Of a stretch of DNA of 64,000 bases, positions 38,293-51,001 are shown in pieces. The notes under the pieces are model-generated. The model ran no database searches. It was not told the DNA's origin and saw only the letters and a list, made by a program, of their open reading frames with translations. The position numbers and the translations under genes were made by a program. Positions within the stretch are counted from its first letter, which is position 1. Each line of letters begins with the position of its first letter. This DNA is from Craspedostauros australis (Eukaryota). The stretch lies in the NCBI GenBank assembly GCA_030167865.1, contig JALAGF010006287.1, forward strand, positions 1 through 64,000, in the 5' to 3' direction.

Positions 38293-40454
38293 ATGACCCC
38301 TGATCCTAACGACGGCAACCATGGGGGCAACACCCACGCTCCACGGGGAGATGGCAACTACATCACTGCAGTACCGAACATGCAGACAAACATCCACCAA
38401 CAGCCCAGCAAGATGAATGCCGAAGGGGAGAGCGCGGGACTTGACCCTTCTGGTTTGCTAGCAGCTTCGCCAGCAATGAATGAACGGCATGATGACCCCA
38501 TTGCTCGCTTGCAGAAGCTGGTGCCGACTTTGGGATCATCTGCAGGCATTCAAGGCACGCAGACCGTCCATGGCTCCAGTTCGCAGACATCCCAACGTCC
38601 AAGTCAGCGTCCAAGTCAACGTCGACATCATCATCATCATCAGCAGCAACTCTCCACATCCACCTCCACGTCACCAACAGCAACAGCAACAGCAACGAAT
38701 GAGGCAGACTCCGACAAGATCGATACCATCGTCATGATGAAGAGTGGCGTGGTTCCGTTGAACACAAACCGCAATGGCAGGAATCGGGACGCGGCCACCA
38801 AGCAGAGGCAGGGCGCGTCTATCAAACGGGGGAACGGCGCAAAGAATGATGCAACAACCACTGGAACACCCACTGGAACAACCACCGCTACAGCTACACT
38901 CACTGCTACTGCTACTGCTACTGCTACTGATATCGCTACTGCGCTCAAGAACCCAACGATACCTCGGGCTTCCACCTCAACAAGCACGTCCGTGCCAGTA
39001 GCAACTGCCGTCATTTCGAGAGCATCATCGGTAAGTCAGATGTGCCGTGAATAGCGACTGGCCAAGCATTGGCCAAGCATTGCATGAGATGACAAAGGCG
39101 ATGGAATATGTGTCTTTCGTCTTGCTCACGTTTTCGTCTCCATCAACTCCATTCTTTTCCAACAGAAACTCAAGCCAACCTCCGCATCCGTGCCTGGCCA
39201 CACGAGGCCTGGTCACACGGACGCTGGTGCGCGTGCACCGTCCACGCCCATAGCACCATCCACAACGCTCCATCCGCCAACGTCATCCTCCAACCCAAAG
39301 GCCAAGTCCACCCTCCGGCGAGGCAAGTGGACGGCCGAAGAGGAGGCGTACGTCGCTAGGATCATTCAGGATTTCAACTCTGGCTTCCTCAACGCACCAG
39401 CTGGCACAACGCTGCGCAGCTACCTTTCAGAGAAGCTGCAATGCGATCCCATGCGCATCACCAAGAAGTTTACGGGAGATGCTTGCATCGGCAAGAGGGT
39501 CTTCCATCCGGCAGTGCGAAGCTCCAGCAACGCATCGGCCATCGACAAGGCGCAGGTATGTATGCTCTTCGTCTTGTCCTTCGTCTCGTCCTTCGTCTCG
39601 TCCTTCGTCTCGTTGTCCGTTTTGGTTGTCTTTGTCATCGTTGTTGTCTCTTCTTCAAGCTCTCACTAACTTTCGTACGTATTCCACTCTCTCTCTCTCT
39701 CTCTCTCTCTTTGATGTTGTTCGATGCTGTTCGATGTTCCACCTTACTCTCGCACACACACAACACGCGTATGCAACACAATGCAACTTTTGCTCAGACC
39801 GAGCTGGATGGATTGGAACGTCGATGGAGACGAAGGCTCGAGGTTCAGCAGCGAGAATCGGCCAAGAAGGCAGCTGCCTCGGCCGCAGCACATGCGTCAA
39901 CCTTGGGCCGAGCATCTGTGCTGCTACCCAAGGGACCGCTGCACACCAACGCCGAGAGCGTGGGGAATCAAACCAAGCAGCAGGTCGTGACGCAGACCGC
40001 CTCGTGGCTGGATCGGGCCAACGCCCTTCTCAAGGCCGAGGTGGGGGCCGCAGCATCCAAGTCTTCTCCAGGCACCAGCTCCCACTCGAAAGATGCCACC
40101 GTTCCGAATCCAAACGCAGCAGCAGCAAGCGCAGAAATCGAGAATCAGATGAAGGAGGTCCAGCGGCTCATCTACGAAGGCCCCTACATACAGCAAACGA
40201 GCGCCGGGTTGCCGCAGCTGCTGGACCAATCGCACGATCGTCAACGAGAGCACACATCCACACCGACTGGCGCCGCTCGCACCATCTCCGCGCGCAGCAG
40301 CAACAGCGCTTCGCCGCCGGATTCGCCATCGTCTGAGCATTTGGACAAACGTATGCGTCCATCGTCTCAGCAACCAGGCGCCGAAGACGCCGAGGCTCTG
40401 GTCGGCTTCCTCCGATCTGTGCGCGCGTCAGCTGCGTCAGGGCAGACTCTTTAG
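38293..40454 (+). CDS. Putative transcription regulator with a Myb-like 'RRGKWT.EEE' domain, join(38293..39030,39166..39555,39798..40454)
   Basis: LRRGKWTAEEEAYVARIIQDFNSGFLNAPAGTTLRSYLSEKLQCDPMRITKKF; two phase-0 GT-AG introns; otherwise low complexity. Confidence 0.78.
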
Positions 40455-41374
40455 TTTGTGGAGGGAACTGCATACTCTATTCCATGTAATCAAGTCCGAC
40501 ACTGCACACCACTACACATCATCATCATGCTTGCATCATACCGCGTCATTTCGATTATCGGTCGCTCCATCACCGTGGCAACCATCATGGAGTGCCACAT
40601 AATGTGAACATGCCGCCCAACAAAATCTCCGCAACGCACAAGGCAATCCATCATCGAGACAAGGGAAGAACCAACTGTACATTACGTCCTAATTCCGAGT
40701 ATCCTGGTACTCTACAACATTTGGCAAGGCACCTCTCCACGACAGCACGTTGCAACGCGAGCCTACGCGCATACACGTCAATCTCCGCACATGTGACGCA
40801 CCACGCTGAGCATCAGTCCTTGCTTCGTCAAAAACCAGTTCAAGCTCCCATGGTACCTTCCTCTTCCGACTCCCGGACCCCAAACAAAAGCACTCCCAGA
40901 AGGCAACAGCATAAAGTGTACAAATACTTGCAAATGGCGCAGAGTGTATATCATAGAAATACTAAAATCGCGGGGTTACAGTTGGACATAGGTATGCAAA
41001 AATGAGCAATAAGATGAAGTAGCCCATCCAAGTGTGGTTCGTACTAGTGATCCTATCATTGTTGCTATGGCATGGTTGTATGCATGTCGTACGGTGCAGT
41101 GTAGTGTAGTGCTGCACGCCATTGCGCTGTTTTGTTCTGCGACTATCAACGCGGCGATGGTGGTGGGCTTGCTTCTCGGGATCCGGCATAACTGGTCGAA
41201 GTTCCGACCAACGTTGCAACCTGCCCCATGCCGTGATGCATCGTCCACTGTGTCGACATTGCAATATGCACACTGTACTGTACAAGTGGATGAAATGGAG
41301 TCGTATGGAATTCTCTGCGTGTATGCGAGTACCACTAACACTAGCAGTATGTACGCGCCCATTGCCGAAAGTCT

Positions 41375-42664
41375 TCAGTGCGGCGGGACCCGTATGCCTG
41401 GCGTCGAGTCTGCAGCAAACAGGACTTTGTATCGGACGCAATGGAGGGCTTCCATGTACCCGTCCACTCCCCACGTCTCTTCGCACTTGTCCCTCATCTC
41501 CTCCACGACGGGCCATAGGATCCACATGAGCAACGCGAATCGGAGCATGGAGTTGAAGAAGGACTGGAACGTCATGCCACCCTCGCTGCTGGTGGCTGGC
41601 TTGGATCTCCTGCGCGATGCACGCGACATGGAAAGCCACGCCAGCTTGCTGTCGGCAGACGCCGTCATTGCATGCACCTGAATGTCACCGTCGTCACCCT
41701 GCAACGGCAGCGAGAACGGGCGCGCTGCGCAACACGTGACCGGCAGATCGTGCACTTCGCGGAACGTCTTGAGCGCTCTCCACTTCTCGGTCCCCCACAG
41801 GATCATGCTGCCATCGACGGAACCGAGCGCCAGCATGCCGCCATCCTCCGACAAGGACATCGCCGAGATGGGGCACGGGCTGACCTCCGTGCGCTGCAGG
41901 CACTTGTAGTGCTTCTTGTCTGGCGTCATGCCCCATTTGGCGAGGTACGCCTTGCCTCTGCGTCCCGATGCGACCGTGTAGACGAGCTGACCCATGAGGT
42001 CGCCGAATGCGCAGCCTCGCACGAGGACCTGCGTGACACGCTTCGGAGGCGGCGCCTTGGGATCCTTCACGTCGCACGTCAGGACTTCAAGGCATTTGCC
42101 ACTCTTCCAAACTCGGGCGGTTCCATCCTTGGCAGAACTGACGATGTAGCCTTCTCTCGGCGAGAAGACGACGCTGCAAACGGCCTTGCTGTGCCCTTCG
42201 TACACGTGGATGGGCAGATCGCCCAACGCCTCGTCGCTGATCTTGTAGATCTTGACGGTGCCGCTCTCGCAGCCGACGGCCAGGGTGTCGCACATGGCGT
42301 TGACCCCCAGCGCATTGACGAAGTCGCCGGCATGCACTTCGCCGGTCGGCTGGCCGTCAGGCAGCCTGTATCGCACCACGCGGCTTCCCAAGGCGCAGAA
42401 CAGGTGCATGGCCTGCGTCACCGGGTTCTGAACGATCTTGACGGCCACGCCGATGTCATTGCCTGTGGAGATCTGGAGAGGGTCGATCAGATCGTTGCCG
42501 ACCACGCGGACGACCAGATAGTTCTTCACGCCAGTCGCGGCGGATCCACCGCCACCGCAGTAGGCCAAGAGGGACAGTCCGTCGCCTGGATTGGCATACC
42601 AGCACATTCCGAACAGCGGCGTCGCCACTGGCTCGATGTAGGATGGTGGTCGAGGGACTGGCAT
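41375..42664 (-). CDS. SEC12: SEC12/PREB-like WD40 guanine-nucleotide exchange factor for Sar1
   Basis: N-terminal YCGGGGSAATGVKN (Sec12 GGGG...G..N motif), WD40 repeats (GHSKAVCSVVFS...SSAKDGTARVW), C-terminal hydrophobic segment. Confidence 0.75.
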   Translation of the reverse strand: MPVPRPPSYIEPVATPLFGMCWYANPGDGLSLLAYCGGGGSAATGVKNYLVVRVVGNDLIDPLQISTGNDIGVAVKIVQNPVTQAMHLFCALGSRVVRYRLPDGQPTGEVHAGDFVNALGVNAMCDTLAVGCESGTVKIYKISDEALGDLPIHVYEGHSKAVCSVVFSPREGYIVSSAKDGTARVWKSGKCLEVLTCDVKDPKAPPPKRVTQVLVRGCAFGDLMGQLVYTVASGRRGKAYLAKWGMTPDKKHYKCLQRTEVSPCPISAMSLSEDGGMLALGSVDGSMILWGTEKWRALKTFREVHDLPVTCCAARPFSLPLQGDDGDIQVHAMTASADSKLAWLSMSRASRRRSKPATSSEGGMTFQSFFNSMLRFALLMWILWPVVEEMRDKCEETWGVDGYMEALHCVRYKVLFAADSTPGIRVPPH

Positions 42665-43516
42665 TTTGCTATTACTTGCTATTACTTGCTGTTGATGTGT
42701 TGACCTCCTCCCTCTGGACCTCTCCACAGATTATCACACTTTCGGACGGCTTGTGTTCTGTGTCTGGGTGTGTGGGATCCAACACAGATGCTATACGTGC
42801 AGATGTGTTGGCGGGTGTCTTCGGACTTGTGCGTTGCACGGCCACTGTCCGTGTTTCACGAGTCTTTTGTTTTGGCTTTTGTGTCGTGGTTTCCGCACAA
42901 TTGGGAGTTGGGGAAATGAAATAAATACAAGTACATTTCGAGCAACAGTTCTACTATCACAGCGCGCTATTTTGTGGGAGCGCACTCTCTCTCTCTCTCT
43001 CTGGATGGGTGGAGTGTTTGTATGTCTGTTCTATTGCGGCTGTTGCCGATCATGCTGTCACCAGCGCTGCTACCACTGCGAGGCAGACAGAGAGAAAGTG
43101 CCATCGATCTCCGGTCATGTGATCATATCTCCACCAGAAGAGGAGATTGTCGGGTCTGTCCCGGATACCTCTCGTTGCTAACAGGAAGTGTCTTCTTGAA
43201 TACTCATTTTTTACTATTCCGATCGAAGCGCAGATGCAATGGAAAGCGACTTCGGCACTGCTTCGAGGTGCCAGCTAATTGTAAAGAGGATGTATCGTCT
43301 CCTATCTCTTCACTTGGATGATCTTCATGAAGGCACAGAATTCATCACCATCGTCCACAAGATCGCATTTGCCTACACGCCCAAGAAGAACGCGAGAGCA
43401 TGGATCTTCTCGTCTGAATTCATGATTCCTCTGCGAACACGCTACCAACGCACTGCGTAGTCGCAAAGACTGTTGAGATGAACGTCGTGTTGTCGTCGTG
43501 TTGTTGTCTGTCTGTG

Positions 43517-43629
43517 GTTGCGTTGCGTTCCGTTGCGTTGCGTTCCGTTGCGTTGCGTTGCGTTCCGTTGCGTTGCGTTGCGTTGCGTTCCGTTGCGTTG
43601 CGTTGCGTTGCGTTGCGTTGCGTTGCGTT
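43517..43629. repeat. (CGTTG/CGTTC)n pentanucleotide microsatellite, about 22 units
   Basis: Read directly. Confidence 0.95.
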
Positions 43630-44523
43630 GGCGCCGAGGAATCCTTTGGCTTCATGTCGGTTGTTGCTGGGATGAAATCGAAAGTGCAAATACATTGATG
43701 ATGTGGTGATGGAGTGATGCGTAATTGCGCCGCAATCGATTGCGTACGTTGCTTTGCGGATATGTTTTTGCATATCGCAGGAGTCCATGCATGTTGCGAC
43801 GTGCTGAAAAGCGACGCGGAAGGAAGCATGATACGAACCACGGTGTATTCGTCCGGATGCGAGTCCACGTTCCATGATCGAGGCACGAGTGTGATGGAGT
43901 CGTTGCGATTTCGCATGGCCGGGCACAACCGGAGACGCGAAATGAACATTGTGGTGTCGAGCTCACTCCCCCTTTGCACGGAGTACTGTCAACACGATGA
44001 CAGATGTGGCGCTGTTGTGCAGGTCCTCGGAAAGATACCTTCCGATTCCCGCAAGACTGGTTTCACTCCAATAATTTCTAAACTTGGTTTGTGCGCTTAT
44101 CGTGGAAACGGCATTGGCTCCGCTGTTGTGCGCACGAAGGAAGTGGCATCGGCAACATTGGCATCGAAGTGATGCCATTCTCGTGCGACCTTCCTGGGAA
44201 TGCGTACGATCTGCCAACATGCATTCGTCGCGATCATAGTCGTATTATACTTTCAAGACTTTCAATACATTGCCATACTCGTACTGCACTACATAACACT
44301 CGCGGGAGAGGGGCTCGTGGTACATCCATCAAGTCATCCATCCATCCATCCATCCATCCATCCATCTTACTAGTCTGTCGCTTGTTCTTCGCATTCCCAT
44401 ACGTACGAACACGGTGGTCTTGGAATTCGAAGCATTTCACGGTGTGGAGCAGAACATCATCAAGCGGAGAGTGAAGGCACAGGCACGAGAACAAACGGGC
44501 TATCATAGACATCTGCAACAGAC

Positions 44524-46749
44524 ATGCGATGCGCAGATCGAGGCTCTGCCGCCGAACGTTCACGTGGACGTCGGCATCAGCGTCGGCGCCAAAGCCAACG
44601 CAATAGGTGTTTGCCATCGCTCGTCGCGTTGATAGCCTTTGGAGGGAATAGCGCCTTGGCATTTACGGAAGGTCCATCGTTGCGCTATCATTCATCGAAT
44701 CAGCCGCACAGTGCGAATCTGTTCAGGACGAACCCTATGAATCCTTTCGGCCCTGCTTCATCCACATCAATTTTCCCATCACAGGCGCCCTTCTCATCAC
44801 AAACGACGGCCAAGAGTATCAGCAGCACATCGTTGTCATCGAACGTTCTTGGTGACGCCATGCTGTTCTTCAACAGATCCAACAACTTCTTTCTCTCCAG
44901 GATCGTCTTTCTGCGTGCGTTGGCATTCGTGTACGCCATGGCATTCCTGATTGCCAAGGATCAGAACTACGGCCTGATCGGCGACAATGGCATCTCGCCT
45001 GCAAGGAATGTGCTCAACGCAGCCGAACGACGCGGCCGCAACGCACGTTACACGCGCGAGCAGTACATGAAGAAATCCGACGCGGGTCAGCGAAAGAAGC
45101 TACCACCTCCCATCACCTTCGATGATGGCGGCAAGGAGGCATCCACGCCGGCAGATGGCTTCAGAATACCCAACCCCATCAGCGGCTTGCTCAACACCGG
45201 CTTGATGCGAGGTCTGGGCATGGCGATGAATCGCAACCAGTTCGTCCAGCATTGGAGGGAGCGATTATGGGACCGCGCCGACGCGTTGGGACGGCCTGTC
45301 ACGACCTTGCTCTGGATGGCGCCTGATCGCAACAACCTCAATCCTTGGCTGGATCTGGTTGCCAACTGCGGCTTGCTACTGTCGATGGCCGTCTTCGCCA
45401 TGGGCGCGGCCAACTTCCCCATCATGGGCGCTCTGTGGCTTTGCCAAAGATCGCTGATGGCAGTCGGCGGTCCATTCTACGGCTTTGGTTGGGAACCGCA
45501 GTTGGCGGAGCTGGGCTTCCATGCCATGTTCCTCGTCCCGCTCTCCAGCCTTCAGGCTCTTCCGCCGATGGCACCGCCAATGATAGTGATCTGGATGATT
45601 CGGTGGCACCTGTTCCGCATCATGATCGGTGCCGGTCTCATCAAGATACGTTCGGGCGATCCCAAGTGGAAGATGTCCAACTTGAGCGCGATGGACTACT
45701 TCTACGAAACGCAGCCAATCCCGAATCCGCTCACGCGCTACATGCACTGGGCCCCCAAAGCTTGGCATCGATTCGAGGTGATGACGAATCATTTCGTCGA
45801 GCTCATCGCGCCGTGGTTACTCCTCCTGTCGCCCGTGCCCTTCGTGCGACAGCTTGGCGGCACCATCCAGCTCGCGTTTCAATCTATTCTGATCGCGACG
45901 GGCAACCTCAGCTTCCTCAACTGGCTCACGTGCGTGCCGGCTATTCTGTGCTTCGACGATCAGTTCCTGTCGAGGCTATTTCCTTACCGACTTCGCAACA
46001 CGGCCGCGTTGGCGTCCGCCTTTGTCCAACCAACGCAGGGGCGCAGATTTGTGTCGCTCACGTTCGGGATGCTGGTGGCCACACTCAGCATACCGGTCGT
46101 CAAGAACCTGCTGTCGAAGAACCAGCTCATGAACGCCTCCTTCGATCCGCTGCGGTTAATAAACACGTATGGAGCATTTGGGACCGTCGAGGAGGAACGG
46201 CACGAGCTGATCATTTCGGCTGCATCTGACATTGATGGTCCGTGGAAGGAGTACGCATTCCGCGTGAAACCCGGAGACGTCATGAAGGCACCCAAATTCA
46301 TATCACCGTACCACTATCGCCTGGATTGGCAGATGTGGATCGCGTCAGCATGCCAGACGCTCGATCGATCGCCATGGATGTACACCTTCTTGCTCAAGCT
46401 GCTGAGGCAGGAGCCAGACGTCACGGCGCTGCTCGAAAATGACCCATTTGCTGCGGATTTCGACGGCGGTGCCGGTATCCAAACGGACGGTCCCAAATAC
46501 ATCCGCGTGGACAAGTATCGATACCGTTTTCACCGCAAAACCAGCGGCGGCAAAGGAAAACAGGGGGAGACTGATGCCAGTGACGATAACAACAGCGAAG
46601 GTTCGGGTGAAGGCAAGTCCAGCGACACGGACGTTCGGGGGCGGGCACCCTATTGGGACCGCGAGCACATCCGGCGTGTTTTTCCTCGCCAAGGTGTAGC
46701 GACGGAACTGATTTTGGAGGACATCATTGGGCGGACAGGGTCTCCGTGA
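44524..46749 (+). CDS. Lipase maturation factor family membrane protein (LMF1/2-like)
   Basis: FLRALAFVYAMAF...GLIGDNGISP; FYGFGWEPQLAELGF; WHLFRIMIGAGLIK; YFYETQPIPNPL; GNLSFLNWLT; NTYGAFG; SPYHYRLDWQMW. Confidence 0.92.
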   Translation: MRCADRGSAAERSRGRRHQRRRQSQRNRCLPSLVALIAFGGNSALAFTEGPSLRYHSSNQPHSANLFRTNPMNPFGPASSTSIFPSQAPFSSQTTAKSISSTSLSSNVLGDAMLFFNRSNNFFLSRIVFLRALAFVYAMAFLIAKDQNYGLIGDNGISPARNVLNAAERRGRNARYTREQYMKKSDAGQRKKLPPPITFDDGGKEASTPADGFRIPNPISGLLNTGLMRGLGMAMNRNQFVQHWRERLWDRADALGRPVTTLLWMAPDRNNLNPWLDLVANCGLLLSMAVFAMGAANFPIMGALWLCQRSLMAVGGPFYGFGWEPQLAELGFHAMFLVPLSSLQALPPMAPPMIVIWMIRWHLFRIMIGAGLIKIRSGDPKWKMSNLSAMDYFYETQPIPNPLTRYMHWAPKAWHRFEVMTNHFVELIAPWLLLLSPVPFVRQLGGTIQLAFQSILIATGNLSFLNWLTCVPAILCFDDQFLSRLFPYRLRNTAALASAFVQPTQGRRFVSLTFGMLVATLSIPVVKNLLSKNQLMNASFDPLRLINTYGAFGTVEEERHELIISAASDIDGPWKEYAFRVKPGDVMKAPKFISPYHYRLDWQMWIASACQTLDRSPWMYTFLLKLLRQEPDVTALLENDPFAADFDGGAGIQTDGPKYIRVDKYRYRFHRKTSGGKGKQGETDASDDNNSEGSGEGKSSDTDVRGRAPYWDREHIRRVFPRQGVATELILEDIIGRTGSP

Positions 46750-47946
46750 GTGCAGCGTGCAGCTACCCACGAACCATTGGAAGGGTTCTGAACACATGAG
46801 TGAGGAGTCGGTGGGGTGGACCGATGGACCATGCGTCAAATAAGAGTAGACGACCGACGAGAGAATGTGTTGCCACAGGCACGCTGGGATGCTTGTAGAA
46901 CATTAGAAAACTCAATGAAGATCGGCGTGCCCGCCATCGTTTCAAACAGACAGACTCTACCCCTGCGTGTTGTCTAGCTCGGACCACGCCTCTTCCTCGA
47001 TTTGGGAAAGTCCCGAAAGTGTGTTCATGCCAAGCAAGATTGATACGACAGTTGATGATGTACTTGTACATGCTCTTCTTGGGTAGACTGCGTTGAGCTG
47101 TGCATGGGACTAGAGTGTGCCATTGTTGCTGACATAGGTATGTCGTCAAAATCCTGATTCCAGTTGGAGTTTACTTTTTTATATTCGACATATATATTGA
47201 CTGTACGGCGTCTGCCTTCATCGATGGAAATATAGAAGTCGATAGTTCATATACCGCATATCCCAATGGGACTATCACACAATGACAGACACATCTGGAC
47301 AGACTGACATACATAGAACGAAGACAGTCAACTGACAGCTCACTGACAAAATATAACTGACAGACAAGCACATCCAGTCAGACATACATACATACATACA
47401 GACATACATACAGTGCATACGCTACTTCTTTGAGTGTAGGGAGGGTCCCCTTTCTCTCTCTGCTGAGAGCCTCGTACAAGCTATCGTGGCAGGCGGAGAG
47501 AGAGAGAGAGAGAGACCTATCGTACATACCTGAAGGTGGCGCTCATCTATAGATCGAGAGAGGGAGGGGATTTGAACATTCTCTGAATACGAACGCGAGC
47601 ATCTTGCTTGGCGATGTTGTCTCTCCTCATGACTCTCATGCGTTTGGTGATCAACCGCTCCGCATCGCCCCTTGGCAAACCGCCACTCCATGGTGTTGCA
47701 CCAATTGCAACTACCATGCAAAGCGCCCGTATTCACCAGAGTATTCTTATTCGATTCGGAGTTGAAATGAGTGGAGCACGTACTAAGCCTAATTGGGTCT
47801 AAAATAACTACGGGAAGTTGGTGATCATCCTAAGATCTGATCTGCTACGTTCGCCTCGTCGCGTGTGCCGCTGTGGAAATGTATCACGCCGTTCGAGGAT
47901 GAGCACAACCAAGCGGTCCAACGCGCACCAAGACAACACGCTGGCT

Positions 47947-49975
47947 CTAGATTGAAATGACTGCAGCCTTCTCAACGGCTTCCTTGGCGGCCTCCACAGC
48001 GGCCGCAACTGTCGCATCGGTCACTTCGGGACCTGCAGCGGCTGCGGCTGCCGCAGCAGCAACGGTGTCGACATCTGCTGGTGCTGGTTGCATGGCATCC
48101 ACCATCTGGTTTGTGAGTGGTTGTGCCTGTATCGGCTGCGCTGGGATGTGCGGCTGGGCTTGAACTGCCTGGACCTGCAGAGGCACTTGCACTGGGATAT
48201 GTGGTTGCGCCACTGCGACGGGAATGGGGATGGAGACGGGCACCGCCACTTGGACCGGCAGGGGCATCTGCGCCTGAACCTGGACTTGTGCAGGCGAGTT
48301 GACGAGGTGGGGCTGGGCCATTCCGAGATTGCCATCCTTCTTTGCTCTTGCCATGGCTGCTCGTTCGCGACGCTTCCTGTTCTTGCTCTCCAGATCCATG
48401 GGCGAGAGGCGCTGGTAACGCTCCCTCTCCAGCTTGGCCCGACGAGCGTTGCGCTCCTTCGCATTGTCGTTGTCGAGCGCGTGATAGCGGGCCCGTTCCC
48501 TCTCGCGTCTCTTCTGGCGGCTGTTCTCTGACTGACGGTGGTACTGCTCGCGTCGCTTGGCGTTGTAGGCCTGTCGTTGGTCGGGCGTCATGTTGGCATA
48601 TCGCTGGCGATCCTTCAATCGCCTTGTGGCAAGCTGGTCCTCATGCGATTGACCCTTCTTGGCAGGCTTCTGGGTGAGGAGGTCATCGTCCGGCCTCATG
48701 CGCTTCAAACCGACGTCGGTGCCGTGTTGGGGGTCCTCATTTGGCTTCACCGCGAGAGCTGCTGCGGTGACATCCACGTCCTCTGCCGTCACGGCGGCCA
48801 CGGCTGTTGGATCGGTAGGATTGATGGGAACATGAGTAGAGTAGAGTGTCATGCAAACGGACACGGCCACAGACACATGGGCCGAATGAATTTGTTGAAT
48901 GATGTCATGGAATACGCGTAGTATGCAGAGGTGAGCAATGTTTTGTGACAACATACTTGGAGTGATGGCGAATGTCGCGGCATTTCTTCAGGTCAGAGAA
49001 CACTCATGCCACATAACACACACAACACGCATATACGTTGCCCAACGCCTTCATTGTGCAGTTGTCTCACTTACAGGCTGCGACTGCCTCCGCAATGAGG
49101 GCCGAGGTGTCCTTGTCCCCAACGGCTGCAGCTCCCTCCACCGCGGCCTGGATGGCCTCGTCGACGGCGGCGTCGGTAACGGCGACTTCCACATGCGGAT
49201 GATGTGCGTGCGGATGCGGTTGTCCATGTACGTGCGCATGGTCTTGGGCATGGCTGTGATCCACATGGAGGTGAGGCTGGTGCTGCTGATCATGCACCAT
49301 GTGCTCGGGATGGTCCGGCTGATGGTGATGCACCAAACCCACGGTGTGACCCTCGTGGTGCAGATGGTGGTCTTCTGCCGCAGCCAGCACGTCGCCGTGG
49401 AGGACATCGTCCTCGGCCTTGAGGATGTGATGCACCTGCGGGTCGTCCTGCGGCAGCACCCCGACGGTTGCTACGACTGCCACGGGCACCGGCACTGCCA
49501 CCTCTACCTCCAAGTTTGGCTCATGGTGCAGCTGCAGCTGATGTTGGTGTTCGATGGCTTGCCCATGAGGTTGCTCAATTGGTTGCTCATGAGGCTGCTG
49601 ATGGGACTGTTCGATGGCTTGCTCGATGGGTTGAACGACAGGTTGCTCAATTGGTTGTTGCTCGATGGGCTGTTGCTCAATTGGTTGCTGCTCAATTGGT
49701 TGCTGCTCAATTGGTTGCTCGATCGGTTGCTCCACTGATTGTTCGATACCTTGTCCAATGGGTTGCTCAACGGGCTGTTCCTGAACAGGTTGTTCCTCAA
49801 TGGGTTGCTGTTCAACAGGCTGCTCCTCAATGGGTTGTTCGATAGACTGCTCGATGGAGTGCTCAATCACATGACCAATACCCGTGGCATCCACGGATGC
49901 ATGAGGCTGCGAGTCTGGGAGCTCGTCCTCGTGCTGATGGTCATGTCGCAGCTCGAGCTGTTCTTCGTCTGCCAT
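47947..49975 (-). CDS. Uncharacterised low-complexity protein with a central Arg-rich helical region (probably nuclear, nucleic-acid binding), join(49975..49075,48803..47947), 585 aa
   Basis: Phase-1 intron GTAAGT to CCAACAG restores the frame; EQQPI repeats, His-rich tract, RRLKDRQRYANMTPDQRQAYNAKRREQYH. Confidence 0.72.
49540..49870 (-). repeat. Coding short tandem repeat (EQPI/EQQPI, 12-15-nt units)
   Basis: Repeated GCTCAATTGGTTGCT and variants on the + strand. Confidence 0.85.
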
Positions 49976-51001
49976 CTTGGCGGTCCTGGTTTCGTTGCTG
50001 AGTAGTAGTACAGTCGGGTTGGGTGGATCGCACTACTGCTACTACAGTTCAGTTGATCTCTTTGGGTGTCCTTTCGTCGGTCGTCTGGCGGCGTCTGTCT
50101 GTCAATGGCGAGTGATGACCTGCAATGCACCAATCCCAACCACGTTTTCGGTTGGTCCGTCTGTTGTTGCGGTCTCCCCTTGCGTCTTGCGGATAGGTCG
50201 TACTTGCGCGAGCCACGAGACGAATGCTCTCTCCTCTTTGTGTCTGTCCTCCACTTCGTTTTGCGCTTCGTTTTGCACTTCGTTCTGCGCTGTTGTGGCT
50301 TCTCGCCCGTCCTTCGTGTTGTTTTGCGCACAAGACCGGCCGTTGCGTCTTTTGGTTTGTGCGTTGTGCGTTCTCGCGTGGTCTGTCTGCTGCTTCCACC
50401 GTGTGTGTCATGGCTGCTGCTTCGCTGCGTTTGCCTTGCGCCAGAAATTTTCGCATCCACTCTTCGCTTTGGTGGTTGAGCGCAGCCCAAAATCGTGTTC
50501 AACGCGAACGTCTCATGCGACAACAGAATGTCTCATTCACATATATTCAAACCATCAATATGTCGCATATGATAGGATTTTGATAGTTTACAAAGTCTTA
50601 CCACAGTGCCAAAGGATATGGAGACTTTTAATTTCATGAGGTGTTACCTCATCAGGTTGGTATCGATTTGATCAGGCGACTAGCGCAGAGTGCTCTGTTC
50701 TTGCCCGCATCTCTCTCGGGAAAGGTCTTCGAGGTAGCCCACGCTGCCATGCCAATAGCCACAGAGCATGCACGTCGCTCGTGGATAGGAGCAAGAGAGG
50801 TTTGCCACGATACAAACGCATGTTCTCTCTGCCGTGAAGCGTTCTCTTGGTGCATCGCACTGCACTGATCTGCACTGAATTGCGTGGGAGCGGAGTACTA
50901 TCCGACATTTTAGTGCTAGTAATGTTGCCACCCATCTACTCCCGTTCTCACTGAGGAAAAGGAGATGCACTCCATCTGGTTGAGCCCATGTGAACGAGAC
51001 T

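Noticed and set aside
43239..43979. Short ORF 43239-43460 and the NATQR-repeat ORFs
   Set aside because: The NATQR ORFs are translations of the (CGTTG)n microsatellite, and the short ORF has no recognisable motif.
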